Assembly (NCBI GenBank): GCA_012295275.1
Contig: CM022665.1
Location: forward strand, 2,356,001 to 2,420,000
Direction of reading: 5' to 3'
Length of the DNA: 64,000 nucleotides
From: Chrysomallon squamiferum
Lineage: Eukaryota > Animalia > Mollusca
This document shows positions 61,036-64,000 of the stretch, piece by piece (within the stretch, counting starts at the first letter, position 1; each line of letters starts with the position of its first letter). Below the pieces are notes generated by a model. The model saw only the letters and a list, made by a program, of their open reading frames with translations, was not told the origin of the DNA and did no database searches. A program made the position numbers and the translations under genes.

Positions 61036-64000
61036 GTTTCGACATCAGTAGCAGAAGATTTATTTTCACCAGACTGAGACATGTGCTATGAAAAAAAAAA
61101 AAAACACTTTAATTTAGTCCAATGGTTTATATTTAGTTCTTTTTGGAATATTTACACACAAAGCTGTTCTACCTAGAATATCAGTCGCATTATAAGCTTG
61201 TATTCCCAAGCTTAAGCCTTCAAATTAGATTCATTATTTGATTGTGCATCTTTAAAGGAACCTTTAAAGATGTAGCTGATACTTATGCAATATATGTAAT
61301 GTATAACTGGTGTACTGCCTGGTTGTGTGATAAACAGATATTACAGACTGTGTTTGGTGCATGTTGTTGTGAGGAATATTTTATAGATTTGTTATGCTTG
61401 GAGAATGCTGAAAATCAAAACAAGAACATACAATTTTTTTTATCTTTCAGTTAGTGCACATGAAATTATTAAAACATGTTGCTCTATCGAAAATATTAAA
61501 ACAATCAACCATTTTTTTTTTTTTCAATATGTATAACTTTATTTTATTTTAGAATATCATCTTTTTTGTTTTTGTCAGTTACTTAATTCCATTAATAACT
61601 ATATAAATATATTTGTTTAAGTTAGTATAAAAAAATATGGTAACGCCTAGAAGGATATACTAGTATTGATAGGAAAAAACAGCATACAGACTTCCAGGTA
61701 AATTAATTTTGTTACATAGTAGCTTTAATTTTTAGATGATCTTGTTCTGGCTTCTGTGAAACTTGAACACATTTTTATAAAAATCATGTTCCACATGTAT
61801 GTTTTTTTTCTTTCATCATATTTTCTTTTTAAAAAAAATTTTAATTGCATTTTATCAGCAGTTTTAAAAGTCTTTGGTTTTGGGGGTTTTTTCCTTGTGT
61901 GGATTTGAAGATTTTTCTCAATTTGTTTTCTTTCAGTTAAAAAAAAAAGATAAATATTTTGGGTAAATTAGACTAGTTTTGTATTTTGACTACATGCTGG
62001 TTAAAATAGAACATAAAAAAAAATAAAAGTTACAAAGATACTGATTATTTTAACTATTACAGGACTGAAATTGTTTTCAGATGAGCAGTCAGTTAAATTT
62101 TTATTGATAAGTGGACTTTTTTTAAAAAGTTAAGGTGAAATATTAAAAAATTGCACGACATAGTCCACATGTGTGTGTGTTTTCTTTTTTAATTTTTAAA
62201 ATTTCTTTACAATTTTAATTGTTTTATAACAGATTTTTTTATCTTAATATGAAAAAAATTGATTTTACTTCATAGTTTATTTTACCTTTTTCCTAAAACT
62301 ATAAACAGCATTAGAAACATTTTTTTAGATATTCTGACAACTCCATCTCTTTATTTGTCAATTAATTATTAACATTTTAAAACTGAACTGGAAATCATTC
62401 TGAATAAAAAATAAATACGGAATTTTAGTAAATTTGGATGATAAAAAAAATAAAAAATTGGAAAATCATTTAACCACAAGATACTAAATGATTAACAAAA
62501 GATAGTAAATGTTATTTCTACAAAAAAAACTAGTTAATGTAACTTAACTACTAACAGTTAGATGAAAATTTCTTAACTAATTCTTTTTTAAAAGTAAAAT
62601 CAAAATGAAATTATCATCAAAAGTTATTACAATATAATTTAAAATTAATTTCTAAAAAATGTTATTATTATTTTTAATGGTTTTAATTATAACAAAAGTG
62701 GTTTTAAGTTGAAAAAATACATCTTTGTTGGCATTACAAGCCTAACACATAACTAGAAATCTTTTTGAAAATTATATTTAGAACTCACACTAATTTCATT
62801 GTTATGTGAAATGTGACAGTGATACTAAAGATTTTTTTTTTTTTTTTGGATTCATGTAATCCTTTAAGTCACTATTTTAAGGGTCCTCATGTTTTGGGAT
62901 TTTTTTAAATTTCTGTTTAAATCATAATTTAACATACTAATTCAGTCTGAAAGAATCATTTGGCTGAAAATGGCAAATAATCTTTATTTATCGTAACATA
63001 CACATAACATTAATTCACATGGTTATTATTATTTTAACATTATTTGTGTATATTTATATTTATTTTAATCTTGTGGTTAATTATTTGTAATGTCATTCTG
63101 AACGAAATATTGAAATCAGTGAATGCTATAACTGATAGTGACAATATTTATCATATTCATGCTTTAATTTGCTGGCTTCATTATAAAAACATAAGTCTGA
63201 AGTTACTAAAGTTGATAATCAAACCTCATTTTTTCTACTTCTATTTTTTATAAAATGTTTTTTTTTTTTTTTTTTTTTTTTTTAATTATTTTATATAAAG
63301 AAGTTTTAGCTATGAATTGTTTTTTTTCAAGTTGAATATATGATTAGATCACAAACATTTGATATTATTGATATTTGATTAAATATCACAGATATTTTAA
63401 TATCAATAACACAGTAGAATGAGTAAATATAAAACTAAGATGCACATTCAGGTTTCATTTATTATGGTCACAACAATTTTATATATATATATATATATCT
63501 TAGGTATTTTTTATTTATTTTTTATTTACATGTTTTATTTACATGTTTTATTTATTAACGTCAGCATTGCACAAGTTTGGAGGCCTGTTGCATAAACAGA
63601 AAAATAAGCCACAACTGAAGTTTAGTTACGTGTTAATTTTGATAGACATTTTGAATATTTTGTTAGCAAGTCACATTAGTCAGTTTTACATTAGTAATTT
63701 ATTGAGATATATTTATAAAAACAAGTAAATTATTTTTTCTTTTTTAATTAGAAATACCACACTTGATATATAACTAAATGATATTATAATCACAAAGTCA
63801 TAATTAATGTATTGCTTAATATTAATTAATTGGTTCAGTTTGCTTCTTCCTACCCATAGCGAGTTGTATATTTCTACTAAACAGTGGCTGAACCAGAATC
63901 CAAACACAGACAGCTCTGCTTAATCAATGTCACTTGTGTCAACGGAAATAATTTTGGTATTTAATATTTTAACTGGTACAAAAAAAAATAAAAAATAAAA

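Noticed and set aside
63838-63922. Possible + strand terminal exon (LLLPTHSELYISTKQWLNQNPNTDSSA*)
   Set aside because: Weak acceptor, no matching phase-2 donor in the last PKD exons, no homology recognised

Overview
AT-rich, intron-rich animal genomic DNA, probably invertebrate (a mollusc-like lophotrochozoan is my inference). Most ORF-track entries are microsatellite artefacts, so genes were rebuilt by hand from GT-AG splice sites and reading-frame phase. The + strand holds a complete 20-exon protein kinase D gene (ATG 9033 to TGA 60497, 849 aa: ubiquitin-like domain, C1a, C1b, acidic region, PH, kinase), plus two candidate frame-preserving cassette exons. The - strand holds the first four coding exons of a Rab15-like GTPase (running off the left edge) and, just upstream, a two-exon 132-aa gene for a lone PH domain ending in a CaaX box (CIIQ). 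PKD introns carry a decayed L1/Tx1 LINE, several minisatellites, a 202-bp near-perfect inverted repeat, an inverted repeat pair bracketing exon 2 and a ~700-bp CT tract. The most interesting candidates are the PH-CaaX microprotein and its possible shared leader exon with Rab15. No rRNA, tRNA or CRISPR array was seen.
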